Part shown: positions 20,352 through 29,369 of the stretch, piece after piece
Position numbering within the stretch: position 1 is the first letter of the stretch
How the letters are laid out: each line of letters begins with the position of its first letter
DNA from: Bdellovibrionota bacterium
Lineage (GTDB): Bacteria; Bdellovibrionota_G; JALEGL01; JAGRMV01
Assembly (NCBI GenBank): GCA_041391365.1
Contig: JAWKOC010000001.1
Location: 130,068-194,067, forward strand
Length of the DNA stretch: 64,000 bases
Direction of reading: 5' to 3'
Notes under the pieces: model-generated
The model's database searches: none
Seen by the model: the letters and a program-made list of their open reading frames with translations, nothing else
Told to the model about the DNA's origin: nothing
Position numbers and translations under genes: made by a program

Positions 20352-22079
20352 ATGACAAAAAAATATCTTTTCCCTTCTCTTTGCTTGTTTCTTCTTTGCG
20401 CTTGTTCTGGTCGGCAGATCCGAATGGCCACTTTGGATCCTCAGTTTTCTAAGGAAAAAAAGCAGGCTTTTTCCACAAAATACATGATTGCCACGCAGGG
20501 TGATTATGCCTCCAAAGCAGCCAAGAAAATGTTTGAACTTGGTGGAAATGCGATCGATGCAGCCGTTGCAGCTTCGTATGTGATTTCTGTTGAACGTCAG
20601 CAATCCACTGGATTGGGTGGGGGTGGATTCATGTTGATTCATTTCGCAAAAACAAAGCAAACGGTTGCCGTAGATTTTCGCGAAGTCGCTCCATTGGCAG
20701 CCTATGAAAAAATGTTTCAGGATCAGAGCGGCAACGTCATTCAGGACAAGTCTCGACAGACCATCTATGCGGTAGGAGTGCCTGGATTGGTGGCTGGATT
20801 GATCGAGGTTCATGAGAAATATGGAAAACTAAAAAGGTCACAGGTGATGGCTCCTGCAATTGAGTTGGCCGATCATGGGTTCGAACTGTATGGACATTTT
20901 GCGCAGGCTATTGAAGAAAAAAAAGATATTCTGGGAAAATCGCCCTATGCAAAGAGTATTTTTTTTCGAGAAGATGGAACACCAAAAAAAGTTGGAGATC
21001 AACTGATTCAAAAAGACTTGGCCAAGGTTCTTCGCGAAATTGAAAAAAAAGGAAAAGATGGATTTTATCAAGGATGGGTAGCACAAAAGATTGTCGACGA
21101 GAGCAAAAGACAACGAGGGATGTTATCGTTGAAAGATTTTTCTTCTTACAACATCAAATATCGATCTCCTGTGGTGGGGCAATACAAAGGTTATGAGATT
21201 TTCTCCATGCCTCCTCCGAGCTCTGGGGGTATTCATGTGATTGAAATCATGCAGACCCTTGAGAATTTTCCTCTCAAAGAACATGGGCCATATTCTCCTT
21301 ATTCGATTCATCACACGGCCGCGGCCATGCAACAGGCTTTTGCAGATCGAGCTACATTTTTGGGAGATGAGGATTTTGTTCATGTTCCGACTCAGATGCT
21401 GGTGTCCAAGGCCTATGCAACCAAGGTCGCAAAAAGCATTTCTGAGGAACAGGCCAGAGCTTCTCAAACCGATGACGGCGGGAAGCTGACGGAAGGATCC
21501 AATGAGACCACCCATTTTTCCATCATGGACATCGAAGGAAATGTTGTGGCTTCTACCCAAACCATCAATTTCGGATTGGGTTCGGGAATTGTGGTTCCAG
21601 GTACTGGAATTGTTCTCAACAATGAGATGGATGATTTTACGGCCAAACCGGGAGAGCCCAATGGATTTGGTGCCATTGGTGGGGTTCCCAATTCGATTCA
21701 GCCAAAAAAAAGACCCCTGAGCAGCATGACTCCGACGATTGTCATGAAAAATGATATCCCTGTATTGGCCCTGGGCAGTCCTAATGGAACTCGAATCATT
21801 TCCTGTGTGGCTCTGACGATGCTCAACTATCTTGAGTATGGAATGGATTTGTATTCTTCGGTTTCCGCTCTGAGATACCATCATCAATGGTATCCGGATG
21901 AAATCCGAGTGGAGGATCCAGGCTTCTCCAAAAAACAAACTGGACAACTGGAACAAATGAACTACAACGTTCATCACAGCGATTATGATTGTCGAGTGCA
22001 AGCCGTTGGCCGAGAGGGCGATACATTGATTGGTGTATCTGATCCACGAGGCACGGGAATCGCATTGGGTGATCAATAG
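20352..22079 (+). CDS. ggt: Gamma-glutamyltranspeptidase, lipoprotein-like signal
   Basis: This is a 575-aa ORF. The N-terminus is MTKKYLFPSLCLFLLCACSG. It has the autoprocessing nucleophile context ETTHFSIMD and the GGxxxxxQ-type C-terminal motifs. Confidence 0.9.
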   Translation: MTKKYLFPSLCLFLLCACSGRQIRMATLDPQFSKEKKQAFSTKYMIATQGDYASKAAKKMFELGGNAIDAAVAASYVISVERQQSTGLGGGGFMLIHFAKTKQTVAVDFREVAPLAAYEKMFQDQSGNVIQDKSRQTIYAVGVPGLVAGLIEVHEKYGKLKRSQVMAPAIELADHGFELYGHFAQAIEEKKDILGKSPYAKSIFFREDGTPKKVGDQLIQKDLAKVLREIEKKGKDGFYQGWVAQKIVDESKRQRGMLSLKDFSSYNIKYRSPVVGQYKGYEIFSMPPPSSGGIHVIEIMQTLENFPLKEHGPYSPYSIHHTAAAMQQAFADRATFLGDEDFVHVPTQMLVSKAYATKVAKSISEEQARASQTDDGGKLTEGSNETTHFSIMDIEGNVVASTQTINFGLGSGIVVPGTGIVLNNEMDDFTAKPGEPNGFGAIGGVPNSIQPKKRPLSSMTPTIVMKNDIPVLALGSPNGTRIISCVALTMLNYLEYGMDLYSSVSALRYHHQWYPDEIRVEDPGFSKKQTGQLEQMNYNVHHSDYDCRVQAVGREGDTLIGVSDPRGTGIALGDQ

Positions 22080-22097
22080 ACAGAAAGGACAAAAGCA

Positions 22098-22928
22098 ATG
22101 AAAGCAACCTGGATGAAAAAAGCCCTTGTGGGATCGATGATTGTGATGGCTGTGGCCTGCGCAAAGCCAAGCCTGAACTATTTTCAAAGCGATGCCCAGC
22201 TGATCAGTTTTTCCAGTGAATTGGGAAGACAAATGTTTGATGAAAGTCACACCAAGGCGGACTTTTTCTCCTTGGCCAATCAATTTGAAAGCCAAAACAA
22301 CAAAATATTTTGCGGTCCCACGTCGGCTGCCATTGTTCTCAATACTCTTTTTGAAGATGATTTGAGAACAAACCGAGTAGCGGTGTCTCCTGATGTTCAG
22401 CCTTTGCTCAACACTGACAGCAAATATCTTGGAAAAAAGGATGAGCTGAAAGGTATAGTGTTCAATCGATACACGCAGAACAATGTATTTTTGCCACGAG
22501 AAGCTTCATCCTCCATCAAAACCAGAATGCAAGTGTGGGGCGGACCGATCCCTGGACAGGAAAAGGCAGACTGGGGATTTCAACTCAAGCAGCTTGACGA
22601 GCTCTTCAAAGCTCAAGGTGCAACATCCACAGCCATTGTGGTTGCAGACGATGCGAATTTGAACGAAGCAAAATCAAAAATCATTGCTGCACTTGCAGAC
22701 ACACAGTCGTATGTTGTGGTGAACTACAGTCGCAAAGCCATGGGACAAGAAGGAGGAGGACATATTTCTCCGATTGGAGCCTATCATGAGCCTTCCGATT
22801 CTTTTTTGGTGATGGACGTCAATCCAAACAAAGCTGGATGGGTGTGGGCGAAAGCATCGACCTTGATGGCTGCGATGAAAACCTTTGATACGGTGGAGAA
22901 CCGAGGGTTTCTCATCGTTTCGAGATGA
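22098..22928 (+). CDS. Phytochelatin-synthase-like papain-fold protein (bacterial PCS-like), lipoprotein signal
   Basis: The lipobox is MIVMAVAC. The catalytic Cys context is FCGPTSAAIVLN, the His context is GGHISPIGAYH, and the Asp context is FLVMDVNP. Confidence 0.75.
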   Translation: MKATWMKKALVGSMIVMAVACAKPSLNYFQSDAQLISFSSELGRQMFDESHTKADFFSLANQFESQNNKIFCGPTSAAIVLNTLFEDDLRTNRVAVSPDVQPLLNTDSKYLGKKDELKGIVFNRYTQNNVFLPREASSSIKTRMQVWGGPIPGQEKADWGFQLKQLDELFKAQGATSTAIVVADDANLNEAKSKIIAALADTQSYVVVNYSRKAMGQEGGGHISPIGAYHEPSDSFLVMDVNPNKAGWVWAKASTLMAAMKTFDTVENRGFLIVSR

Positions 22929-23636
22929 TCACTGCGTAAGAAAACTTTTGTATATTTTTTGTAGATCTGGAAGCTTTTCAAGAGCTTCCAGATTTTTTTC
23001 TATGGTCTGTTTATCTTTTCTAGAGATAGGCCCTGTAGCTTTGGTGTGCTGTTGACCTTTTTCTAGGTTGTGAAAAACAGATTTCATGTAGGGCAGCAAA
23101 ATGGTTTCAGGCAGCTTGCATTCACTCTGCATTTTTTCAAAGGCCTGCTTCCACAACATCGTTGTGAAATTGCCACTGATCACACATAGGGCGTGATACA
23201 AAGCCTTATGTTGGGGCTCAATGGTGTAGTGTGGGTTGGGTAGATCCGGAAAAAGGTCAGCAAAAGAAATGGAATTTTTTTCTACAACGAACGGAATGGT
23301 TGCGTAAGTCGAAAGATCATAGAGATCCTCTCCCAGCATCATCAGAGGATGAACCGACATTGCTGCGGATGTGGTGAGGCTTCCGGACATATGAACAAAG
23401 GTTTTGCCAGAGAGGGTTGGTTGAGATTCAATCCATGTTGGAATGGCCGAATCTGAAATCAACACGATGATGGTATCGGCTGGAGCAAGAACACGCGGGG
23501 CTGTGGCTTCGGGATCGGTGTTGGCCTTTTTTCTGGACCATTGCACATAGGAGATGCCCAGGAGGTCAAAGTAGTAAGAGATGTGTGTGGCGGCTTTTCC
23601 GTCGCCCACCAATCCATACAGGAGTTTGTTGTTCAT
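22929..23636 (-). CDS. Rossmann-like / DUF2520-type protein (putative oxidoreductase)
   Basis: This is a 235-aa ORF. The C-terminal half matches my memory of the DUF2520 pattern (KALYHALCVISGNF...GPISRKD). The function is unknown. Confidence 0.5.
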   Translation of the reverse strand: MNNKLLYGLVGDGKAATHISYYFDLLGISYVQWSRKKANTDPEATAPRVLAPADTIIVLISDSAIPTWIESQPTLSGKTFVHMSGSLTTSAAMSVHPLMMLGEDLYDLSTYATIPFVVEKNSISFADLFPDLPNPHYTIEPQHKALYHALCVISGNFTTMLWKQAFEKMQSECKLPETILLPYMKSVFHNLEKGQQHTKATGPISRKDKQTIEKNLEALEKLPDLQKIYKSFLTQ

Positions 23637-23750
23637 GGAAATGCAATATCGGACTTTTCAAGGAATGGAAAGGAGCGCATTGTTTGAGTTCACTTCTTTC
23701 ACCTGATATAAGCCAAAGTTCCGCCTGAAAAAAAAGGCAATGAAAGAAGC

Positions 23751-24572
23751 ATGAGAGATATTCATCTAAATGAAACCACTGCCTATTATCGGTGCTCCGA
23801 TCCCGAACTCAGTTTGGATCAATACAGTCAAAGACTTTGCACGAAAGAGGGCGTTGAAAAAGCTCAGCAAATTCAAAGAGATGTTTACCCTGCGGTGAGC
23901 CGACACATTTGCGTGAGAGCCCGTCACTTTTACGAGACCATCAAAATTGTGTTGGCGATGCATGATGTGGATGCCGTGATTTCGTTGGGATCAGGGTTCT
24001 CTCTTTTGACCTATTATCTCTCAGAAGATTTCCCCCGCGTTCAATTCATCGATTCCGATGTGGCCACGGTTCTCAAAGCTCGAAAAGATCGAATCCGGGA
24101 ATTGCAAAAGTATTTTGGTCCACAGATTTTGCATGTGGAACAGAAGATCTTCGATGTGTCGAAACTTGCCAAAGCCAAAGGTGAAATCAAAAACTTTTTT
24201 CCTTACAAAAAGCCTTTGTTCGTGATGGAGGGGATGTCGTACTATCTGACCAGCAAGGAGTTGCAGTGGCTTTTTGATTCCTTTCATCAATACAATCAAT
24301 TTTTTTGCATGTACGACTACTGGCCATCGACTGCCCGTCGTTCATTGATTTTCAACAAAATGATTTCGCTGATTGAGAACCAGGAAGCCGGAGAAGCTCA
24401 AATCACCGTCGTCAAACCCGAAGACTTTCAAAAGATGGAAGGGGCCGTCCATCTAGTGGAGGACAAAGGTTTGGACGAGATCGAAAAAAAATGGGCCAGA
24501 CAACCTTATGAGCTGGAAGATCCCAACGAAACGGTTCCTTCACGCTTCCGAGTGATATCAAAAAATACGTAG
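23751..24572 (+). CDS. Class I SAM-dependent methyltransferase (leucine carboxyl / O-methyltransferase-like)
   Basis: This is a 273-aa ORF. The pattern is VISLGSGFSLLTYYL...FIDSDV...VMEGMSYYLT. The assignment is tentative. Confidence 0.5.
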   Translation: MRDIHLNETTAYYRCSDPELSLDQYSQRLCTKEGVEKAQQIQRDVYPAVSRHICVRARHFYETIKIVLAMHDVDAVISLGSGFSLLTYYLSEDFPRVQFIDSDVATVLKARKDRIRELQKYFGPQILHVEQKIFDVSKLAKAKGEIKNFFPYKKPLFVMEGMSYYLTSKELQWLFDSFHQYNQFFCMYDYWPSTARRSLIFNKMISLIENQEAGEAQITVVKPEDFQKMEGAVHLVEDKGLDEIEKKWARQPYELEDPNETVPSRFRVISKNT

Positions 24573-24619
24573 TCATTATCACGAATCCAAGACTCAAATG
24601 CAGTGAGATGTTTTTTTAA

Positions 24620-24697
<78 letters not shown>

Positions 24698-24762
24698 ACA
24701 AAATTGACATGAGAAATTAGATTCTCAAGGATTCATGTGTTTACACGTCTTGGCTTCCAATT

Positions 24763-25365
24763 TCAAAGAAATTGGCGGATTTTTTGGCCCAAAGCTTCCA
24801 AGGCTTTGGCCCTGTGGCTCAACGTGTTTTTTTTCTCCCGTGTGATTTCAGCCATGGTTTTGCCCTGATCAGGAAGATAAAAATGAGGATCATAGCCAAA
24901 TCCTTCTGATCCTTGAGGATTTTCATGGATCACTCCTTCACATGTTTCCTTGCTGCTGAGAATGCTGCCATCTTTCCAAATCAGCACCATCGCGCATACA
25001 TAAAAGGCGGGGCTTCCCAAAAGGTTTTTGGAACGCAGCTGCTCGATGAGTTTTTGGTTGTTTTCTTTGTCTGAGGCTTCGGGTCCCGCATAGCGAGCCG
25101 AGTAAATCCCGGGTTGGCCATTCAAGGCAGGAACCACCAAACCTGAGTCATCGGCCAGGCATGGAATTTCCAATCGTTTCCAATAGCTCAGGGCCTTTTT
25201 TAGCGCGTTTCCCTCAAAGCTCAGAGCGTCTTCTACGATCTCGATCGGTTCACTTAGGTCTTGGGGCGACTGCAGGTGTAGGGATGACTGCGGGTAAAAA
25301 TATGAAAAAAAATGTTCGCATTCTTTTTTTTTTCCTGGGTTGGTAGAAGCCAGAAAAAGATTCAC
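24763..25365 (-). CDS. rdgB: Non-canonical purine NTP pyrophosphatase (RdgB/HAM1)
   Basis: This is a 200-aa ORF with LASTNPGKKKE, DDSGL, GFGYDP and the family motif SHR. It is co-located with rph, as in many bacteria. Confidence 0.9.
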   Translation of the reverse strand: MNLFLASTNPGKKKECEHFFSYFYPQSSLHLQSPQDLSEPIEIVEDALSFEGNALKKALSYWKRLEIPCLADDSGLVVPALNGQPGIYSARYAGPEASDKENNQKLIEQLRSKNLLGSPAFYVCAMVLIWKDGSILSSKETCEGVIHENPQGSEGFGYDPHFYLPDQGKTMAEITREKKNTLSHRAKALEALGQKIRQFL

Positions 25366-26087
25366 GATTGCTTATCCATGCATTGTTTCTGGACTTGTTG
25401 AATCTGACGACAGGCTTGAATGGCCGCTTCCATCATGGAAAATGCCTCAGAAATAGAAAAGGTCTCTTGCTCGCCTGTTCCTTGGATTTCGACCAATTGA
25501 TTTTCTCCCAGCAACACGATGTTCATGTCCACGTCGCAGGAAGAGTCTTCTTCATAGTTTAAGTCAACCAGGACTTCTCCCATTTTTTTTCCTACGCTGA
25601 TGGCCGACAAAGGGTTCAATATAGGGGTTTCTTTCAACAGCCCTTTTTTCAGCAGACCTTCGATGGCCAGACACAGAGAAACAAAAGCACCGTTGATGGA
25701 AGCTGTGCGTGTTCCACCATCTGCTTGCAAAACATCACAATCGATGGTGATGGTCCGTTCGCCCAATTTTTTTGGATCGACACATGCGCGAAGACTTCGC
25801 CCGATCAAGCGTTGAATCTCTTGTGTTCGTCCACCGAGTCTACCTTGCGTGGCTTCTCTTCGCGTTCGTGTGTGCGTGGATCGAGGAAGCATGGAATATT
25901 CAGCCGTGATCCATCCTTTTTTCTTGCCTTCCATAAATGGGGGGACTTTTTCTTCGACGGTGGCTGTGGTCAAAACCCAAGTTCCACCCATTTTGACTAG
26001 GCAGGAACCTTCGGCATGGGCCGTGAAGTGAGGATGAAACTCAAGACTACGAATCTGATGAAGCTCTCTTGCGTCTTTTCTTATCAT
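25362..26087 (-). CDS. rph: Ribonuclease PH
   Basis: This is ORF 25362..26123. The start was chosen at MIRKDAREL (ATG 26087) by comparison with the usual RNase PH N-terminus. Motifs seen: HAEGSCLV, TAEYSMLP, GRTQEIQRLIGRSLR, DCDVLQADGGTRTA. Confidence 0.9.
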   Translation of the reverse strand: MIRKDARELHQIRSLEFHPHFTAHAEGSCLVKMGGTWVLTTATVEEKVPPFMEGKKKGWITAEYSMLPRSTHTRTRREATQGRLGGRTQEIQRLIGRSLRACVDPKKLGERTITIDCDVLQADGGTRTASINGAFVSLCLAIEGLLKKGLLKETPILNPLSAISVGKKMGEVLVDLNYEEDSSCDVDMNIVLLGENQLVEIQGTGEQETFSISEAFSMMEAAIQACRQIQQVQKQCMDKQS

Positions 26088-26823
26088 GGCTGCGAAATAT
26101 GCCTTTCTGAACAAAGAGGTCAAGACCTAAAGCGATCTTTTCGGAGAGTTCTTTAATTTCTTGCGATGCGTTGAAGTCCGGGTCGTATTCAGCAGGGGTG
26201 AAGAAAATTTCCAAAGCGACAGCCGGGGCGGAAATTCCGTAGAGAGACGCCATGGGGGCTTTTTGGTCGATGGAGACCTGTCCAGATTTTCCATTGGAGG
26301 GCAGCACCAAAGCCATTTCAGAAGCCAATGCAAGGGAAGTATCATAAAAAGGATCATGAGCATGATCCAAACGAGTAAGAGCAGAGATGGGCGCTTCGTC
26401 TTTTCCTTCGAGGACATGGATTTTTACCCACGGTTTTGGATCACTTTTTCTCGTGGAAAGGGCCAAATGAACCCATATAGCCTCGTCTTCGGCATTGATC
26501 AGTTTGCGTCGATCGGCTACATCCAAGTCATAATCCCCCACACGGGTCAGCACGATGGGAGCTTTTTTGCTGCGATCCCACTGATCTTGGATGGAAGATG
26601 CCAGATCAAGGAGCAATTGACTTTCGCTCAACGTTCCGTAAGAGAGTCCTTTGTGGGTCCCCCCGAAGGCAGGGTCGAGGAAAATTTTCATGTCGGCACG
26701 GGCGGCTGGACTCCCCGTCCATAGCATCAAAAAAACGCTCACCCATACGAGTTTCAAAAAAACATTCACACCGTGTACATAGCAGATTCTTCTTTGGTTC
26801 CAAAGGGATCTGAACCTTCCCAT
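26047..26823 (-). CDS. Amidase_3 (N-acetylmuramoyl-L-alanine amidase)-like secreted protein, degenerate first Zn ligand
   Basis: A signal-like hydrophobic segment (VFLKLVWVSVFLMLWTGSPAARA) is followed by IFLDPAFGG where the family has DPGHGG. The later WVHLAL and ALEIFF motifs are retained. The start is uncertain. Confidence 0.55.
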   Translation of the reverse strand: MGRFRSLWNQRRICYVHGVNVFLKLVWVSVFLMLWTGSPAARADMKIFLDPAFGGTHKGLSYGTLSESQLLLDLASSIQDQWDRSKKAPIVLTRVGDYDLDVADRRKLINAEDEAIWVHLALSTRKSDPKPWVKIHVLEGKDEAPISALTRLDHAHDPFYDTSLALASEMALVLPSNGKSGQVSIDQKAPMASLYGISAPAVALEIFFTPAEYDPDFNASQEIKELSEKIALGLDLFVQKGIFRSHDKKRRKRASSDS

Positions 26824-26878
26824 TGTGGGATCAACGTGGGGTTTCTTTTTTTTTCAATTCAGCGTAAAAGTATCACCA

Positions 26879-28510
26879 ATGTTGAAAGTCGCATTGGCCC
26901 AGATCAACACAGCTTGTGGAGATGTCGAGGGGAACGAAAAAAAGATATCTATGTTTCTGGGCAGCGATAAAGCCCAGAATGCAGATTTGGTCATTTTTCC
27001 GGAATTGTCCCTTGTGGGATATCCTCCCAAAGATCATTTGACGGATACTGATGCGGTCACTCGTTGCGAAGAGGCTTTGGCCAGGCTCATGAAAAAACAT
27101 CATGACCAAAGTTTTGTTGTGGGAAGTGTTCGTTCTCGTCAGGGACAATTGCACAATGTGGCTCTATGGGTCGATGAAGGCAAAATCATCGCCGAATATG
27201 AAAAAGCTCTTCTTCCTAGTTATGATGTCTTCTACGAGAAACGATTTTTTTCTCCGCGAAAAAAAGAGTTTTCTCCTGTCATGTGGAAAAACTATAAAGT
27301 TGCACTGACCATTTGTGAAGATTTTTGGTTTCGAGATGGGCAGAGTGGGGCCATGTATGATTTTGACCCTGTAACGTCTCAGTTGGAGAAAGGAGCAGAT
27401 TTTTTAATCAATCTGTCGGCTTCTCCTTTTGCCCAAGGTAAACCAACCTATCGAAGAGAACTGGCGGCATATTATGCACGAAAGTATCAAACCCCATTTT
27501 TGTTTTGCAATTTGATCGGCGGAAATGACGATCTTATTTTTGATGGCCAAAGTTTTGCAATGGATGCCAGAGGTATGATCTGTGCCCAAGCTCTTGCCTT
27601 TCAAGAAGATTTGCTTCATGTTGATTTGCCCATGCTTCATGCCAAAAGCATGGAAGAATCTAGTGATGATCTGGAACAAAAAATTGATGCCATTTGTCTG
27701 GGCATCAAAGATTTTGTTCGAAAAAATAAACAACGAAAAGTGTGGGTAGCTCTATCGGGGGGAATCGATTCTGCATGTGTCGCTCAGCTCGCATGCAGAG
27801 CGTTGGGAAACTTGGAATGTTCACTTGGTGTATATGCCCTCCGAATACAGTCATGAGATGAGCCAAAGCGCGGCTAGAGAAATAGCAAAAAATCTTGGTT
27901 GCGATTATCGAGAAATCAGTATTGATTCGCTCAAGAGCGAGTTTGAAAAGATGCTTTCTTCATCCTTTGAAAACTCTTCCGTGAGTGTGGCTTTGAAAAC
28001 ATTCAGGCTCGTATCCGAGGTAGTTTGATCATGGCACTCTCCAATCAGTTTGGAGGTTTTGTTCTTTCCACGGGCAACAAATCGGAAATTGCGGTGGGAT
28101 ACTGTACATTGTATGGTGATATGGTGGGTGCCTTGAGCCCCATCGGAGATTTGTACAAACACGAAGTATATGACGTTTCGGCGTTCCTCAACAAAGATCA
28201 TCCAACGATCCCAACACAAGTGTATTCTCGGCCACCTTCAGCAGAGCTTCGAAAAGATCAGAAAGATCAAGATTCTCTTCCTCCATATGAAACTTTGGAC
28301 GCCATTTTGAAAATGCTCATCGAAAAAAACTCATCCTATCAACAAATCTGCAGTCAAGGTTTTGACTCTTCGCTGGTCAAAGAAATTTTTGATAAATATC
28401 ATCAGGCAGAGTTCAAACGGTTTCAAGCAGCACCCATTTTAAAACTCAGCCGAAAGTCATTTGGATCTGGTAGACTATTTCCTCTTGCGAGACAAAGCTA
28501 TGAAGATTGA
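26879..28510 (+). pseudogene. nadE: Glutamine-dependent NAD+ synthetase, interrupted by two frame changes as sequenced
   Basis: The conserved sequence is spread over three ORFs. ORF 26825..27856 holds the CN-hydrolase domain (FPELSL, ICEDFW) and then SGGIDSA. ORF 27777..28028 is in the +1 frame and holds NVHLVYMPSEYS...LGCDYREISID. ORF 28025..28510 is back in the first frame and holds ENIQARIRGSLIMALSN..TGNKSEIAVGYCTLYGDM. The breaks lie near 27805-27820 and 27993-27999. Confidence 0.8.
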
Positions 28511-29369
28511 TTTCATTGCAGTGGTCTACAAAAAAAGTGTTTACCAAAAGCAAGTTCTTGAAAAAGGTGAAGATTCAAAATTCGGAAAACTTATCGAAGA
28601 CAATCATCCATCGTGCGAAAATTCTTCCCAGCCATCTTCAGCATCAGAAGTGTCTTGAACATGTGAAGGATGTTCTCGATCGGCGCGGCATTCGAAGTAC
28701 GTTTTTTCATCGAAGCGAAGATTTTGACGAGTCTGTGTATGACCTTGTGGTGAGCGTTGGTGGAGATGGAACATTTTTAGATGCTTCCAAGAATGTGAAG
28801 ATTAAACCCATGTTGGGGGTCAATTCGTGCCCTCAAGATAGCGTCGGAAGATTTTCGGCGGTCACCCAAGAAAGTTTTGAAACTTTTCTAGATCAAATTT
28901 CTTCGACCAAATCAACTCTAAGGCCTTGACTCGACTTAGGGTGATTTTGGAAAATCGAGAGCTTCGACCTGCACTCAACGATGTGTTGATCACCAACCGA
29001 AACCCCGCTTCTACTTCTCGGTATCTTTTTTCTTTGGGAGACATTACAGAGGAGCATCGATCGTCAGGGATTTGGGTTTCTACTGCGGCGGGGTCCACGG
29101 CCGCCATATCAGGGGCGGGAGGAGTGAATCTTCCTTTGGACAGTACTAGCTATCAATTTGTGATTCGAGAACCCTATGAATATCGAGACATTCAACTTCG
29201 TTTGAAGAAAAAAATCTTGGAAGCTGATCACGTGATCCAAGTGGTGTCAAAAATGCGAAGAGGTTCGGTATACATTGATGGCTCGGGATATCGATATGCA
29301 TTTCGCTTTGGTCAGAGACTTGTGATTGACGCCAAAGCCCCAACACTCCACGTATTTGGTCTCCAGTGA
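28500..29369 (+). pseudogene. nadK: NAD kinase of the NADK2-like type, interrupted by two frame changes as sequenced
   Basis: The conserved sequence is spread over three ORFs. MKIDFIAVVYKKSVYQ...LIEDNHPS sits in the frame of ORF 28461..28658. KILPSHLQHQ...DLVVSVGGDGTFLDASK...GVNSCP sits in ORF 28507..28929, the +1 frame. ALNDVLI...SSGIWVSTAAGSTAA...FVIREPY...YIDGSG sits in ORF 28926..29369, back in the first frame. The breaks lie near 28612-28621 and within 28881-28927. Confidence 0.7.

Noticed and set aside
21123-22295. A long 390-aa ORF antisense to ggt and the PCS-like gene. Similar antisense ORFs occur at 10859..11722, 50449..51225 and 60972..61859.
   Set aside because: These are shadow ORFs opposite genes with strong family motifs. 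Their translations are low-complexity or Arg/His/Ser-rich and contain no recognisable domains.
27800-28930. Programmed ribosomal frameshifting as the explanation for the nadE and nadK frame changes.
   Set aside because: No X_XXY_YYZ slippery heptamer or obvious downstream stimulatory structure lies at any of the four sites. Both directions (+1 and -1) would be needed in each gene. Homopolymer indels, whether real or artefactual, are the simpler explanation.
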